DNA of 64,000 nt from an uncultured Verrucomicrobiales bacterium (lineage in GTDB: Bacteria; Verrucomicrobiota; Verrucomicrobiia; Verrucomicrobiales; Akkermansiaceae). Location: NCBI GenBank assembly GCA_937885815.1, contig CALABM010000065.1, forward strand, positions 30,710-94,709, given 5' to 3'. Positions 9,259-18,455 of this stretch are shown piece after piece; within the stretch, counting starts at the first letter, position 1; each line of letters starts with the position of its first letter. A program made the position numbers and the translations under genes. The notes beneath the pieces are model-generated. The model had not been told where the DNA came from and ran no database searches. It worked only from the letters and a program-made list of their open reading frames with translations.

Positions 9259-10143
9259 ATGACGCCCTTTTCAGATAGTGGAGAAAATGAGGAGCTTTCC
9301 GCCGGCCGCAAGCTGCTGAAAGAACGCCCTTCATTTGTGTGGAAACGCTTTGCGGATGGCGCTGAGCTGCGCGTCTGGATGTTTGCTCCACCCGGACACA
9401 CGGCCTCCGCCTTCATGCCTGCCGTGATGTTCTTCCATGGTGGCATGTGGGCAGTGGATTTCGGCGAGGAGTTTATTTCATGGGCTCTGCACCTTTCATC
9501 CCGAGGTATTGTCTGCCTCATACCGGAATACCGCACACACGCGTGCTATGACGTCTCGGCCAATGATATTATCCAAGACGGCATAGATGCTTGGCGCTGG
9601 ATTCATCATAACGCCAACGGGCTGGGCATAGACCAATACTCCATTACTCTGGCAGGAGCTGATGCCGGTGGCCTGATGGCCCTGAACGCCGCCATGCAGC
9701 CCATGCTTCAGACCCGCCGCTGGTGGAAAATAGGCAGTAAGGATGAGTTACCCTTGCAGCCTGCTTGCGTGGCCATTTTCCGAGGCATTTTAGATGTACA
9801 TGCTCCGGAAGCTCGCCTGCTGAATATTAAGACTGAGGTGACGAATCCGGACTCTATTAACCCTTGCGCTCTTCTGCGCCGCTACCTCCCGCCGCTTTTC
9901 TGTGCACACGGCCTTGTAGACCCGCTTCAGGACTACGCCATGCGTGAATGGTTCTGCGATGAATGGCGGGCTCTCGGTAATGAGGCGGAGCTCGTTCTAT
10001 GCCCCGGTGGCGACCACACACTCGCGCAGTTTTCCGTGAATCCTACCGTGTTTGAGCTGATTCTGCTGGCGTGGGAAAACTTCATGGCGGATCAGGGTAT
10101 CTGGCCCGTCAGTGCCGTGGAGGATAGTGCCCTCATGAGTTAA
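9259..10143 (+). CDS. alpha/beta hydrolase (Abhydrolase_3/HSL-like) with Asp at the nucleophile elbow
   Basis: 294 aa. Oxyanion motif FFHGGMW. Nucleophile elbow GADAGG where GDSAGG is expected. C-terminal GGDH. Confidence 0.7.
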   Translation: MTPFSDSGENEELSAGRKLLKERPSFVWKRFADGAELRVWMFAPPGHTASAFMPAVMFFHGGMWAVDFGEEFISWALHLSSRGIVCLIPEYRTHACYDVSANDIIQDGIDAWRWIHHNANGLGIDQYSITLAGADAGGLMALNAAMQPMLQTRRWWKIGSKDELPLQPACVAIFRGILDVHAPEARLLNIKTEVTNPDSINPCALLRRYLPPLFCAHGLVDPLQDYAMREWFCDEWRALGNEAELVLCPGGDHTLAQFSVNPTVFELILLAWENFMADQGIWPVSAVEDSALMS

Positions 10144-10237
10144 ATCCGTTAAAAGAAATGTCACGTCCTTTGTCGTTGTACACATCAGCAACCGCTTCGG
10201 TATAAACAGGGCTCCATAACCCATTCTGAACATACGC

Positions 10238-10266
10238 TTGACTTTCCGAGCCATTCCTGTCATTAT
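10238..10266 (+). promoter_or_regulatory. sigma-70-like promoter TTGACT-17-CATTAT, 9 nt before ATG 10276
   Basis: Read by eye. The predicted leader is only 2-3 nt. Confidence 0.4.
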
Positions 10267-10275
10267 AGTGACGAG

Positions 10276-10800
10276 ATGAAAAACCGTTTATTTGTATTGC
10301 TTGTAAGTGCCTGCATGCTGGCTATCAGCCCCGTCACAGCAAATACGCGCTCCGCCGATGCTACTACTGAAGAAAGCGCTTCAGCCACCCCCTCTAATCC
10401 GCGTGCTGAGCGCCGTGAAGCGGCAAACTGGCTGAAGGATCACATGCAGATGCGCAAGCGCATTCTGACCGCGCTTAAGAAGATTAAGAACGAGAGAACA
10501 GCTGAAAGAGGTCTGCAGGCTATTACGGCCATTTGCCGCCCGGACAATGCCGGTTCTCAGACGGCTCTGGGTGAAGTGGGAGAAGCCCCCGGTATGCCGG
10601 AAACTGAAGCCATGCAGGCACTTCTGGAGCGCAATCGCACTCAGATACGCCGCAGCGACCGCGCTATTCAAGCCGAGCTGGACAGAATTACGGAGCTGGG
10701 CCTTGAGAACGATGAGCTTTTCTCAATGGTACGCGAAGTAATCGAGCAGACGAGCGTTCAGGAGGAGGAAGAAGAAGATTCTGAAGATTCCGATATCTAA
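10276..10800 (+). CDS. hypothetical exported protein with acidic C-terminus
   Basis: 174 aa. Signal peptide MKNRLFVLLVSACMLAISPVTA. C-terminal EEEEEDSEDSDI. Confidence 0.55.
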   Translation: MKNRLFVLLVSACMLAISPVTANTRSADATTEESASATPSNPRAERREAANWLKDHMQMRKRILTALKKIKNERTAERGLQAITAICRPDNAGSQTALGEVGEAPGMPETEAMQALLERNRTQIRRSDRAIQAELDRITELGLENDELFSMVREVIEQTSVQEEEEEDSEDSDI

Positions 10801-10832
10801 GCCTCCTCTGCAGCAAAACAAAGCACATCTCC

Positions 10833-11951
10833 ATGATATACTGGGATAATAATGCTACCACGCCTCTGGCCGCTGAAGTGCTGGAAGCCATGCTTCCGTA
10901 CCTGCAAGACCGCTTCTTTAATCCCTCAGCCGCATATGGCCCGGCCCGTGCCATTCGTAAGGATATAGAAACGGCTCGTGAGCAGGTGGCGGTTCTTTTG
11001 GGCGCTCACCCGGATGAAATCATTTTCACTAGCGGTGGGACAGAAGCTACGAACGCAGCATTATCTCAGTACTCAAAAGTTCTCACACTTGCCACGGATC
11101 ACCCGGCTACGCTGCGCACAGCACGCGGTGAGGCCGCCCCGGTGCTATCCAATGGCGTGGCAGATATCCCGGAATGGAAGGAAGCTCTCGAAGGGAGAGA
11201 TGCCGTCAGCTTCGCCTGGGCGAATCATGAAACAGGCGTGATTCAGCCGGTCCGCACTCTCTGCGCAACTGCGACTAACGCCGGGGCGAGGGTTCATGTG
11301 GATGTGGTACAAGCTGCGGGTAAAATCCCCGTGAACGTACATGAATATGCCATAGATTACGCTTCCGCCGCGGCTCATAAGTTGCATGGGCCCAAGGGCG
11401 TGGGCTGCCTTTATGTACGCCGAGGGATAGAGTTTCCGCCATTCATAACCGGCGGGGCGCAGGAATCATACCGCCGCGCCGGCACGGAAAATGTGGCAGG
11501 CATCATTGGCTTTGGTAAGGCGGCGGAGCTTGCCATGGCATCAGCGGAACGCTATGCAGAACTTGCGGATTTGAGAGCGCTCTTCCTGAGCGCTCTTGAA
11601 GAGGCCGGGATTAGCTATGTGGAGAATGGAGCCGGCGCTACAAGACTTCCGCATGTGCTGAATATGCGCGTGCCGGGGTGCAGCGCAGAATCACTATCCC
11701 TCCTTCTGGAGCCGGCGGGGCTTCTGTGCTCCAACGGCTCAGCCTGCACCAGCTCAGAGCCTCATCCCAGCCACGTGCTGAAAGCTATGGGCTTAAGTGA
11801 TTCTCAAATTCGGGAAAGCCTGCGCTTCTCGCTGAATCGTTACACCACCCGCGAAGAGACGGCAGAGGCTGCCCGCATCTTCATTTCAGCGGTGAAGAAA
11901 ATACGTTCCGTGCAATCAGTCAATACCGGCCCCGTTATGGTCTACCGCTGA
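10833..11951 (+). CDS. cysteine desulfurase (class V aminotransferase, NifS/IscS-like)
   Basis: 372 aa. PLP-lysine context SAAAHKLHGPKG and active-site Cys loop SNGSACTS. Confidence 0.85.
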   Translation: MIYWDNNATTPLAAEVLEAMLPYLQDRFFNPSAAYGPARAIRKDIETAREQVAVLLGAHPDEIIFTSGGTEATNAALSQYSKVLTLATDHPATLRTARGEAAPVLSNGVADIPEWKEALEGRDAVSFAWANHETGVIQPVRTLCATATNAGARVHVDVVQAAGKIPVNVHEYAIDYASAAAHKLHGPKGVGCLYVRRGIEFPPFITGGAQESYRRAGTENVAGIIGFGKAAELAMASAERYAELADLRALFLSALEEAGISYVENGAGATRLPHVLNMRVPGCSAESLSLLLEPAGLLCSNGSACTSSEPHPSHVLKAMGLSDSQIRESLRFSLNRYTTREETAEAARIFISAVKKIRSVQSVNTGPVMVYR

Positions 11952-11976
11952 TTCCACACATTTTTACACCCACACT

Positions 11977-14022
11977 ATGCCGGAGGATCTGCTGCAAAAA
12001 CTCCTGCGTAAACAATCACTGCGAGCTCCATTTCTATTACCACTCGTCGGTGTAATTGGGTGTCTGTTGGGTGGCCAATGGCTAGCCCTGAGCCTTGCCG
12101 TAGCGGTGGTAACGGTTCTTCTGAAGTTGTGGCGCGTTCTGATTTGCGCGCTGCTTTGCATGGCTATCGTTTGTATGCAGAGCCACTTAGCAGAGCGAAA
12201 TAAAACGCAGCTGACTGATTTTCTGAACAAGCAATCACACGTTGTACTGGAAGGTACGGTAGAGCGCACATTGGCCAGAGGGTGTATCCTAAATACCGGT
12301 TACATGGGAGTGCGGGTTGTGCTGAGGGGAAATACGGAATGGCGCACGGGTGAGCGGGTACGTGTGGTAGCTGAGCCACTGCCACCGCGCCCGGCTCCGG
12401 CAGAGGGAATGTTTGACACAGAAAGCTGGATGCGCAGCCAAGGTCTGGCAGCCAATCTTCGGGTGCTATCCGGCGAAAGTCTCGGTTTTCCGTTCTCTCA
12501 ATATGCCGTTCTCGGTTATGCAGAAAGCATACGTGACGTACTAACTGAAAGGCTCATGCCTCCGGGAACTGAGGGAGATATCCGGCGGCAGGTTCTGTGT
12601 TCTCTGGCCCTTGGGGACAAGCAGAGGGCTGAGGATGAAACCTTGAATCAGTTCAAACGCGGAGGATGCCTGCACGCCTTCGCCGTGAGCGGCATGCACG
12701 TTGGAATTGTGAGCGGCATGCTGTTTGGTCTGGCCTATTTGCTGCGGCTTCCCGTGCGGCTTCGTTCTGTTCTGATACTGATTATCACGGGAGTATATGT
12801 GTTAATTACAGGGCTGGCCGTTCCGGCATTGCGAGCTTACCTCATGATAGTCCTAGTCATGCTGGGAATGGGGTTACAGCGCCCCGTAAGCATGGCGAAC
12901 ATATGGAGCTTTTCCGCGCTTTTGATACTGATGATATCACCCTGGCAAATATATAGTGCCGGTTTTGTTCTTTCTTTTGCCGTATATGCAGGTATTGGAA
13001 TAGGTGTTTACTTCTGTATGAAAGTGCCGTATTGGTTCGGCCCGAATGATTACGTGCCGCCACTGCTCTATACTCGCTGGCACACCTTTTTACTCCGGGC
13101 TGACCTAGCCATACGTGGCACGGTTATCGTGTCCCTCTCCGCATGGTTGGTATCCGCCCCGATAACCATGTACTTCTTCCACACCATAACACCTTACAGC
13201 TTTCTGACGAATATAGCCATTTCCCCACTTTTGCCGATTGTAATGGCCTGTGGGCTTCTTGCCGCCTTACTCGGAGGTATACCGTTTCTTGGTGCTTTTT
13301 TGCAGTGGGCTGCGCTGAAGAGCAGTGCGTTACTGGTATCAGTAGTAGGCTTTTTTGCAGATTTACCTATGTCCTATCTAAGCACGACTCCGCCCATGCA
13401 GCCACATGAGGCTTATGTGTGTCATCTGGGCTACGGTAATAGTTTTGCCGTGTTGGGTAATCCCGGTATCGTTGTGAATAGCGGCAATCTCAATGCGGCT
13501 CGCTTCACCGTAGAACCGCTACTGTTTTTCAGTGGGTGTAATCCCGGTATTCTTCTTGAATCCACCTCTGACAATGCTGACCGCGGTGGCACGCCGCTCC
13601 TTTCTGCAAAATACCCGAGTATGCAAGTCATTCCTGCGGACTCCCTGAAAAATAGGCTTCATATCAATTCATCCGCCGGATTATACTGCATATACCCATC
13701 ACCCGCGGGGCTCTCCCGCTCATATTCTCACAATGAAGCCCCGGTCATTATGTGGCAGCAACCGGGCGGCACACGTGTGCTTTATATAGGGAGCGCTCCG
13801 TCTATTATTCTTGACAGGCTTACAGAGGAAGAACTCCGGGCAGACATTGTCGTATTAGGCTACAATAAAGAGCATCCCTCAGATATCAATGAACTGCATG
13901 GACTCACGGGAGCGGGGCTCTTCGTGCTCCTTCCGGAAGTCCCGGAGACTATCGATTCAGAGATTCTGCCGGGAATTGAGATTCAGCGCTGCGATGAAAA
14001 TACAACGCTGCTGCGTTTCTGA
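11977..14022 (+). CDS. comEC: ComEC/Rec2 family competence channel protein
   Basis: 681 aa. Polytopic competence domain (FAVSGMHVGIVSG...). The C-terminal MBL-like domain has a degenerate metal motif (STSDNADRGG). Confidence 0.75.
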   Translation: MPEDLLQKLLRKQSLRAPFLLPLVGVIGCLLGGQWLALSLAVAVVTVLLKLWRVLICALLCMAIVCMQSHLAERNKTQLTDFLNKQSHVVLEGTVERTLARGCILNTGYMGVRVVLRGNTEWRTGERVRVVAEPLPPRPAPAEGMFDTESWMRSQGLAANLRVLSGESLGFPFSQYAVLGYAESIRDVLTERLMPPGTEGDIRRQVLCSLALGDKQRAEDETLNQFKRGGCLHAFAVSGMHVGIVSGMLFGLAYLLRLPVRLRSVLILIITGVYVLITGLAVPALRAYLMIVLVMLGMGLQRPVSMANIWSFSALLILMISPWQIYSAGFVLSFAVYAGIGIGVYFCMKVPYWFGPNDYVPPLLYTRWHTFLLRADLAIRGTVIVSLSAWLVSAPITMYFFHTITPYSFLTNIAISPLLPIVMACGLLAALLGGIPFLGAFLQWAALKSSALLVSVVGFFADLPMSYLSTTPPMQPHEAYVCHLGYGNSFAVLGNPGIVVNSGNLNAARFTVEPLLFFSGCNPGILLESTSDNADRGGTPLLSAKYPSMQVIPADSLKNRLHINSSAGLYCIYPSPAGLSRSYSHNEAPVIMWQQPGGTRVLYIGSAPSIILDRLTEEELRADIVVLGYNKEHPSDINELHGLTGAGLFVLLPEVPETIDSEILPGIEIQRCDENTTLLRF

Positions 14023-14023
14023 T

Positions 14024-14668
14024 TCATCGGCCAAGAAGCCCACGCACTAAGCGCTGAAGTTCAGTACGCAAGGCTGCCGAACCATAACAGATAGGATCTG
14101 TTTTAGTGACTAAATCAATGACACGCCCCATCGCACTCTCACTAACCTCAACCGTGTTCAGCATGGAAATGCGTTCTTGTACATACTGCTGAATTTCTAT
14201 AGAGGGAGGGGGCAACATGCTTTCGCTCCGCATGAGAGCCAGAATTCGGTCTGTCAGCGCTGCAACTTCTGGCGCGGCTAGATCTGCGGTCGGCATATTG
14301 TGCACCTGTTCAAGGATTTGGCCTAGCGATTTGCAGCTCTCATAAAGCCCAAGAGCAAGTTCTAAATAATCATCCCCGGGGTGTTTAGGTGCGACTTCCT
14401 CTTGCGCTATGCTAACAGCTGCATCCGCTGCCTCTGGCGTTTCTTCAATCGGCGTAGATTCCGCCTCTGCGGGAATCGCCGTACCAGAATCACTCTGCTG
14501 AATTTCCGCCTCCGTCATCACGACCTCCGTGATCTCCTCGTTCTGCTCTGCTTCTGCATGACTCGGAGCCTCAACGCAGGGAGCTATGGCTACTTCTTGT
14601 GCAACTTCATCAGCAAATGATAATGCAGCAAACAAGGTGACACTCAGTAACAGAAAATTAATTTTCAT
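14024..14668 (-). CDS. hypothetical exported acidic protein
   Basis: The ATG at 14668 gives signal peptide MKINFLLLSVTLFAALSFA. The upstream part of the track ORF overlaps the ABC ATPase gene. Confidence 0.55.
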   Translation of the reverse strand: MKINFLLLSVTLFAALSFADEVAQEVAIAPCVEAPSHAEAEQNEEITEVVMTEAEIQQSDSGTAIPAEAESTPIEETPEAADAAVSIAQEEVAPKHPGDDYLELALGLYESCKSLGQILEQVHNMPTADLAAPEVAALTDRILALMRSESMLPPPSIEIQQYVQERISMLNTVEVSESAMGRVIDLVTKTDPICYGSAALRTELQRLVRGLLGR

Positions 14669-14687
14669 GATTAAAGAAAATGTATAC

Positions 14688-15686
14688 TCATTTAGAAACA
14701 GAAGAACTAAGGCAACCGGGACAATTTCTGACGAAGTGGTCAGGCGCAATTTCTATCATCTCCGGTATTCTGTCCGTAAGACAAAGCTCGGGCTTACCTA
14801 CAAGATTACGGGGTTTGAAGGCACAAGAGGTAATGGGCTGGCGGAGCGTGGGCGGCAGGCCGGGAATAGTCTGCAAGCGGCTGCCTTTCTCATGCATAGC
14901 CGGTATGGAAGCCATGAGTGAGCGAGTGTAAGCATGGCGGGGATGGGTGAGCAGCGCCTCTGCCGGAGCACTTTCTACAATGCTTCCTGCGTACATCACC
15001 TGAATACGGTGAGCATATTCACGTACCACGCCCAAATCATGCGTGATGAGAATAACTGCTGTACCAAGCTCCTCTTGTCGCTCACGCAGCAAATCCAGCA
15101 CCTGCTTCTGCACGGTGACATCCAAGGCGGTGGTCGGTTCATCCGCAATGAGGAACTGAGGACGGGTAATCAGCGCCATAGCTATCATAACACGCTGGCG
15201 CATGCCTCCGGAGAACTCATGGGGATAAGCACGTGCACGTTCTGCCGGATTCGGTATGCCTGTGCGAGCCAGCTCTTCAATGGCAAGTGCCAGTGCTTCC
15301 TTGCGCTTCATGCCGCGGTGAATAATCAGTGGCTCTGCCACTTGCTCGCCTATCGTCATGCAAGGATTCAGGCTGGTCATGGGGTCCTGAAAAATCATGG
15401 AAATACGGTTCCCTCTGAGAGAGGAAAGCTCTTTTTCTTTCATTTTCAGCAGATTTTTGCCTTCAAAGATGGCTGAGGCATTTTCTGATATATGAGCAGG
15501 CGGGCGCGGGAGCAAGCCCATCAACGCGGAGCAGGTTACGGATTTTCCTGAGCCACTTTCACCCACGATACCAAGAGTCTCTCCTTTTTTCAGAGAAAAG
15601 CTCACATCACTCACTGCATAATTTACCCCTGCGCGGGTGCGGAACTCCACGCTCAGGTTGTTGACGCTCAGTATCGGTTCGCTCAT
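14688..15686 (-). CDS. oligopeptide/dipeptide-type ABC transporter ATP-binding protein (OppD/DppD-like)
   Basis: Walker A GESGSGKS, signature FSGGMRQRV, Walker B LIADEPTTALD, and an Opp-type C-terminal extension. The track start is TTG; the first ATG at 15686 gives MSEPILSV. Confidence 0.85.
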   Translation of the reverse strand: MSEPILSVNNLSVEFRTRAGVNYAVSDVSFSLKKGETLGIVGESGSGKSVTCSALMGLLPRPPAHISENASAIFEGKNLLKMKEKELSSLRGNRISMIFQDPMTSLNPCMTIGEQVAEPLIIHRGMKRKEALALAIEELARTGIPNPAERARAYPHEFSGGMRQRVMIAMALITRPQFLIADEPTTALDVTVQKQVLDLLRERQEELGTAVILITHDLGVVREYAHRIQVMYAGSIVESAPAEALLTHPRHAYTRSLMASIPAMHEKGSRLQTIPGLPPTLRQPITSCAFKPRNLVGKPELCLTDRIPEMIEIAPDHFVRNCPGCLSSSVSK

Positions 15687-15755
15687 CTTTGTGTGGTTGA
15701 TTATACCGCACAAGCGGCCTATACGTCAAGACTGCTGTGCGTAATGAGAATAACG

Positions 15756-15799
15756 AAAAAATCCCCCGACAGAATATTCTGCGGGGGACTGAGATTTTT
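15756..15799. terminator. bidirectional rho-independent terminator
   Basis: Stem TCCCCCG(A)CAGAAT/ATTCTGCGGGGGA, with an A6 run upstream and a T5 run downstream. Lies downstream of the DAHP synthase gene. Confidence 0.6.
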
Positions 15800-15814
15800 C
15801 AGTAGAGAATGTGC

Positions 15815-16879
15815 TTATTTGTTCCTGCGACGGGCACGTACACCTTCAGCGAGCGTATCCAGAATAGCGATTGTTCCGTCCCAGTCCACGCAAGCATCCG
15901 TGATACTCACGCCATACTGCAGGGGTGACTTACCATCACACTTCTGGTTGCCGCTGTTGATGTTACTCTCAATCATAACGGCGCCGATATGATCATCACC
16001 GGCTGCGAGCTGAGCCGCTACGGATTCCGCCACGAGGTGCTGATTCTGCCAGTTCTTGCGGCTATTGCCATGTGAGCAGTCAATCATAATGCGATTGCTG
16101 ATGCCGGCCTTCTGTTGGATTTCCCATGCAGCCGCTACATCCTCAGCTGAGTAGTTGGGGCCGCTGGTAGAACCACGCAGAATGATATGGCAGCTGTCAT
16201 TACCACTAGTGGAAACAATGGCACTCACGCCTTGCTTGGTAACAGAGAGGAAGCAGTGCGGATGAGCAGAGGAAACGATGCCGTCCACAGCTATCTGCAC
16301 ACAACCTGTCGTGCCATTCTTGAAGCCGATGGGCATGGAAAGGCCACTTGCCAGCTCACGGTGCACCTGACTTTCTGTAGTGCGGGCACCGATGGCACCC
16401 CAAGCAATCAAATCACTGATATACTGAGGCGTAATTACATCCAGAAACTCCGTAGCTGCGGGAACCCCCATTTCCGCCAAGCGCAGCAGCAAACCACGGG
16501 ACATACGAAGCCCGCTGTTGATGTTATAGCTGCCGTCCATGAACGGGTCATTAATCAAGCCCTTCCAACCTACCGTGGTACGCGGCTTTTCAAAATACAC
16601 TCGCATGATAAGCAGAAGCTCATCGCTGTATTTCTCACGAGCTGCGGCCAGCCTACCGGCATAGTCGATGGCGGCAACGGTGTCATGGATGGAGCAGGGC
16701 CCCACCATGACGGCCAAGCGGTCGTCTTCTTTCTTCAAAATGCGGCGGAACTCCTGACGAGCATCATATACCACCTTGCTGGCGTCTTGGCTCGCGGGGA
16801 AATCCTGCATGAGAATGGCAGGGGAGATTAACGGGCGGATGTCCGTTACGCGTACGTCGTCTGTGATGAATGGATTCAT
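15815..16879 (-). CDS. 3-deoxy-7-phosphoheptulonate (DAHP) synthase, class I
   Basis: 354 aa. Contexts KPRTTVGWKGLINDP and GARTTESQ are typical of AroF/G/H-type enzymes. The isozyme cannot be assigned. Confidence 0.9.
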   Translation of the reverse strand: MNPFITDDVRVTDIRPLISPAILMQDFPASQDASKVVYDARQEFRRILKKEDDRLAVMVGPCSIHDTVAAIDYAGRLAAAREKYSDELLLIMRVYFEKPRTTVGWKGLINDPFMDGSYNINSGLRMSRGLLLRLAEMGVPAATEFLDVITPQYISDLIAWGAIGARTTESQVHRELASGLSMPIGFKNGTTGCVQIAVDGIVSSAHPHCFLSVTKQGVSAIVSTSGNDSCHIILRGSTSGPNYSAEDVAAAWEIQQKAGISNRIMIDCSHGNSRKNWQNQHLVAESVAAQLAAGDDHIGAVMIESNINSGNQKCDGKSPLQYGVSITDACVDWDGTIAILDTLAEGVRARRRNK

Positions 16880-16913
16880 TATGTGCCTGTGAAACTATTA
16901 GGCGAGGAATATA

Positions 16914-17570
16914 TTAGCGCTTCTTCCAGGAGTAGATATTATCCTCCAGAGCGTCTGTTTCCTCTTCAGATGCCTCAGCGGCTGCACCAGGAGTGCTGCT
17001 GGGCTTACCGGCGCCATCAGCGCCCAAGGAATATACAAGGCAGATTTTGTTACGAATCTTTCTGCCGGAGAAGGGGTCAATCGTACCGATTTCTTCATCA
17101 TCGCACATGATGATGTAGTAGGGGTTACCCCAAGGATCATAGAGACCGAGAGAACCGGAATTGGGGTCAACATACAGGCCATCGGCCTTCTTATCCTGCT
17201 CGTCAGAACGGAGGTAGGTCTGGCGGTTGGTATTCAGGCGGTCATCACCTTCCTCGCGGTTGGTAAGGATAGCAACAAGCCCGGCATCATTACCATCGGT
17301 AGTGGAGATAGAAACTTGATAATTGTTATCTTCGCCCACTTCGCACATATCTGTTTGATAAGGCAGTGAGCCGTAGTCCTGCTGGAATTGAGTTACGCCC
17401 TGAACGATGTCAAGACAGGTCTTGCGAGCGGCAGTTTCATTAGCAGAGTTAATCTGCCCCATAATAACGGGGTAAGAAATGCCGGCGAGTGTTGCAAGAA
17501 TAGCAATCACAACAAGGAGCTCTATCAGAGTAAAGCCCTTTTTAAACTGAGAGGTGAAAGTCATTTTCAT
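16914..17570 (-). CDS. GspG-like type II secretion pseudopilin
   Basis: Prepilin cleavage/methylation motif KKGFTLIELLVVIAILA, plus DPWGNPY and SLGADG motifs. Acidic C-terminal tail. Confidence 0.75.
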   Translation of the reverse strand: MKMTFTSQFKKGFTLIELLVVIAILATLAGISYPVIMGQINSANETAARKTCLDIVQGVTQFQQDYGSLPYQTDMCEVGEDNNYQVSISTTDGNDAGLVAILTNREEGDDRLNTNRQTYLRSDEQDKKADGLYVDPNSGSLGLYDPWGNPYYIIMCDDEEIGTIDPFSGRKIRNKICLVYSLGADGAGKPSSTPGAAAEASEEETDALEDNIYSWKKR

Positions 17571-17615
17571 ACGTGAGGCATTCTAGCATACAGCCCCTTG
17601 GCAGCGCAAGCAAAA

Positions 17616-18455
17616 TCAGCCGCGGTGGCGTAACAAACCGAATTTAGGGGAGAAAAGCCATGCCAGCAGGAAGATACAGCCCAGTACAACAATGATAGTA
17701 GCGCCTAGATGCCAACCAAGGGGGTACGACAGGAAAAATGCCAGTACAGAGCCACCGGCCCCAATGAGCCCACCTCCCCAGAACATGAGCGATGCCCTGT
17801 CTGTGAGCTGGTACATGGTAGCAGCCGGAGCCACCATCAACCCAAGTGTCAGGAATGCACCCACTGCCTGAAGGGATGACACCAGTACAAGTATGATCAG
17901 TGTAAAAATCCCGTAACTGAAGGCTCGTGTGGGAATCCCCATGGAGGCTGCAGCTCTCGTATCAAAAAGATAAATGAGCAGGGGACGGTACAGCACCGTA
18001 ATGCTCAGTACAGCAAGCGCCCCGGTACCCCAAGCAATCCATAAATCAGCATCTCCCATGCTCATGATGTTGCCGAAAAGCCAGTCATCCACCTTCTGCT
18101 GCAAGCCTAAGCGTATGAGAATGATGTAGCCGAGAGCAAAAGCTGTGGTATGCAGGATGGAAAGTGCCGTATCATGGTCAGCTCGTCCCGTGCGAGAGAT
18201 GAAGAGCGAGCCAAGTCCCACGATGAGCCCCGCTATCACGGCGCCTATGAGAATACTCAGCTGCATCAGTCCAAAGAAGAGAATAGCCAAGGCAATGCCC
18301 GGTAACAGCGCGCAGGAGATGGTGCCAATCTGAAGGGAGGAACGGCGCAACACCACAAGGGCACTCACGAAGCCGTTGGAAAAGCCTACCACGGCGCATG
18401 CCCAGAGGCTGCGCTGCGCGATGGGTTCTCCCAGAAAGCGGATAAAATCATTCAT
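17616..18455 (-). CDS. metal ABC transporter permease (ZnuB/MntB/TroC type)
   Basis: 279-aa polytopic protein. ATGA overlap with the upstream ATPase gene. Confidence 0.85.
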   Translation of the reverse strand: MNDFIRFLGEPIAQRSLWACAVVGFSNGFVSALVVLRRSSLQIGTISCALLPGIALAILFFGLMQLSILIGAVIAGLIVGLGSLFISRTGRADHDTALSILHTTAFALGYIILIRLGLQQKVDDWLFGNIMSMGDADLWIAWGTGALAVLSITVLYRPLLIYLFDTRAAASMGIPTRAFSYGIFTLIILVLVSSLQAVGAFLTLGLMVAPAATMYQLTDRASLMFWGGGLIGAGGSVLAFFLSYPLGWHLGATIIVVLGCIFLLAWLFSPKFGLLRHRG

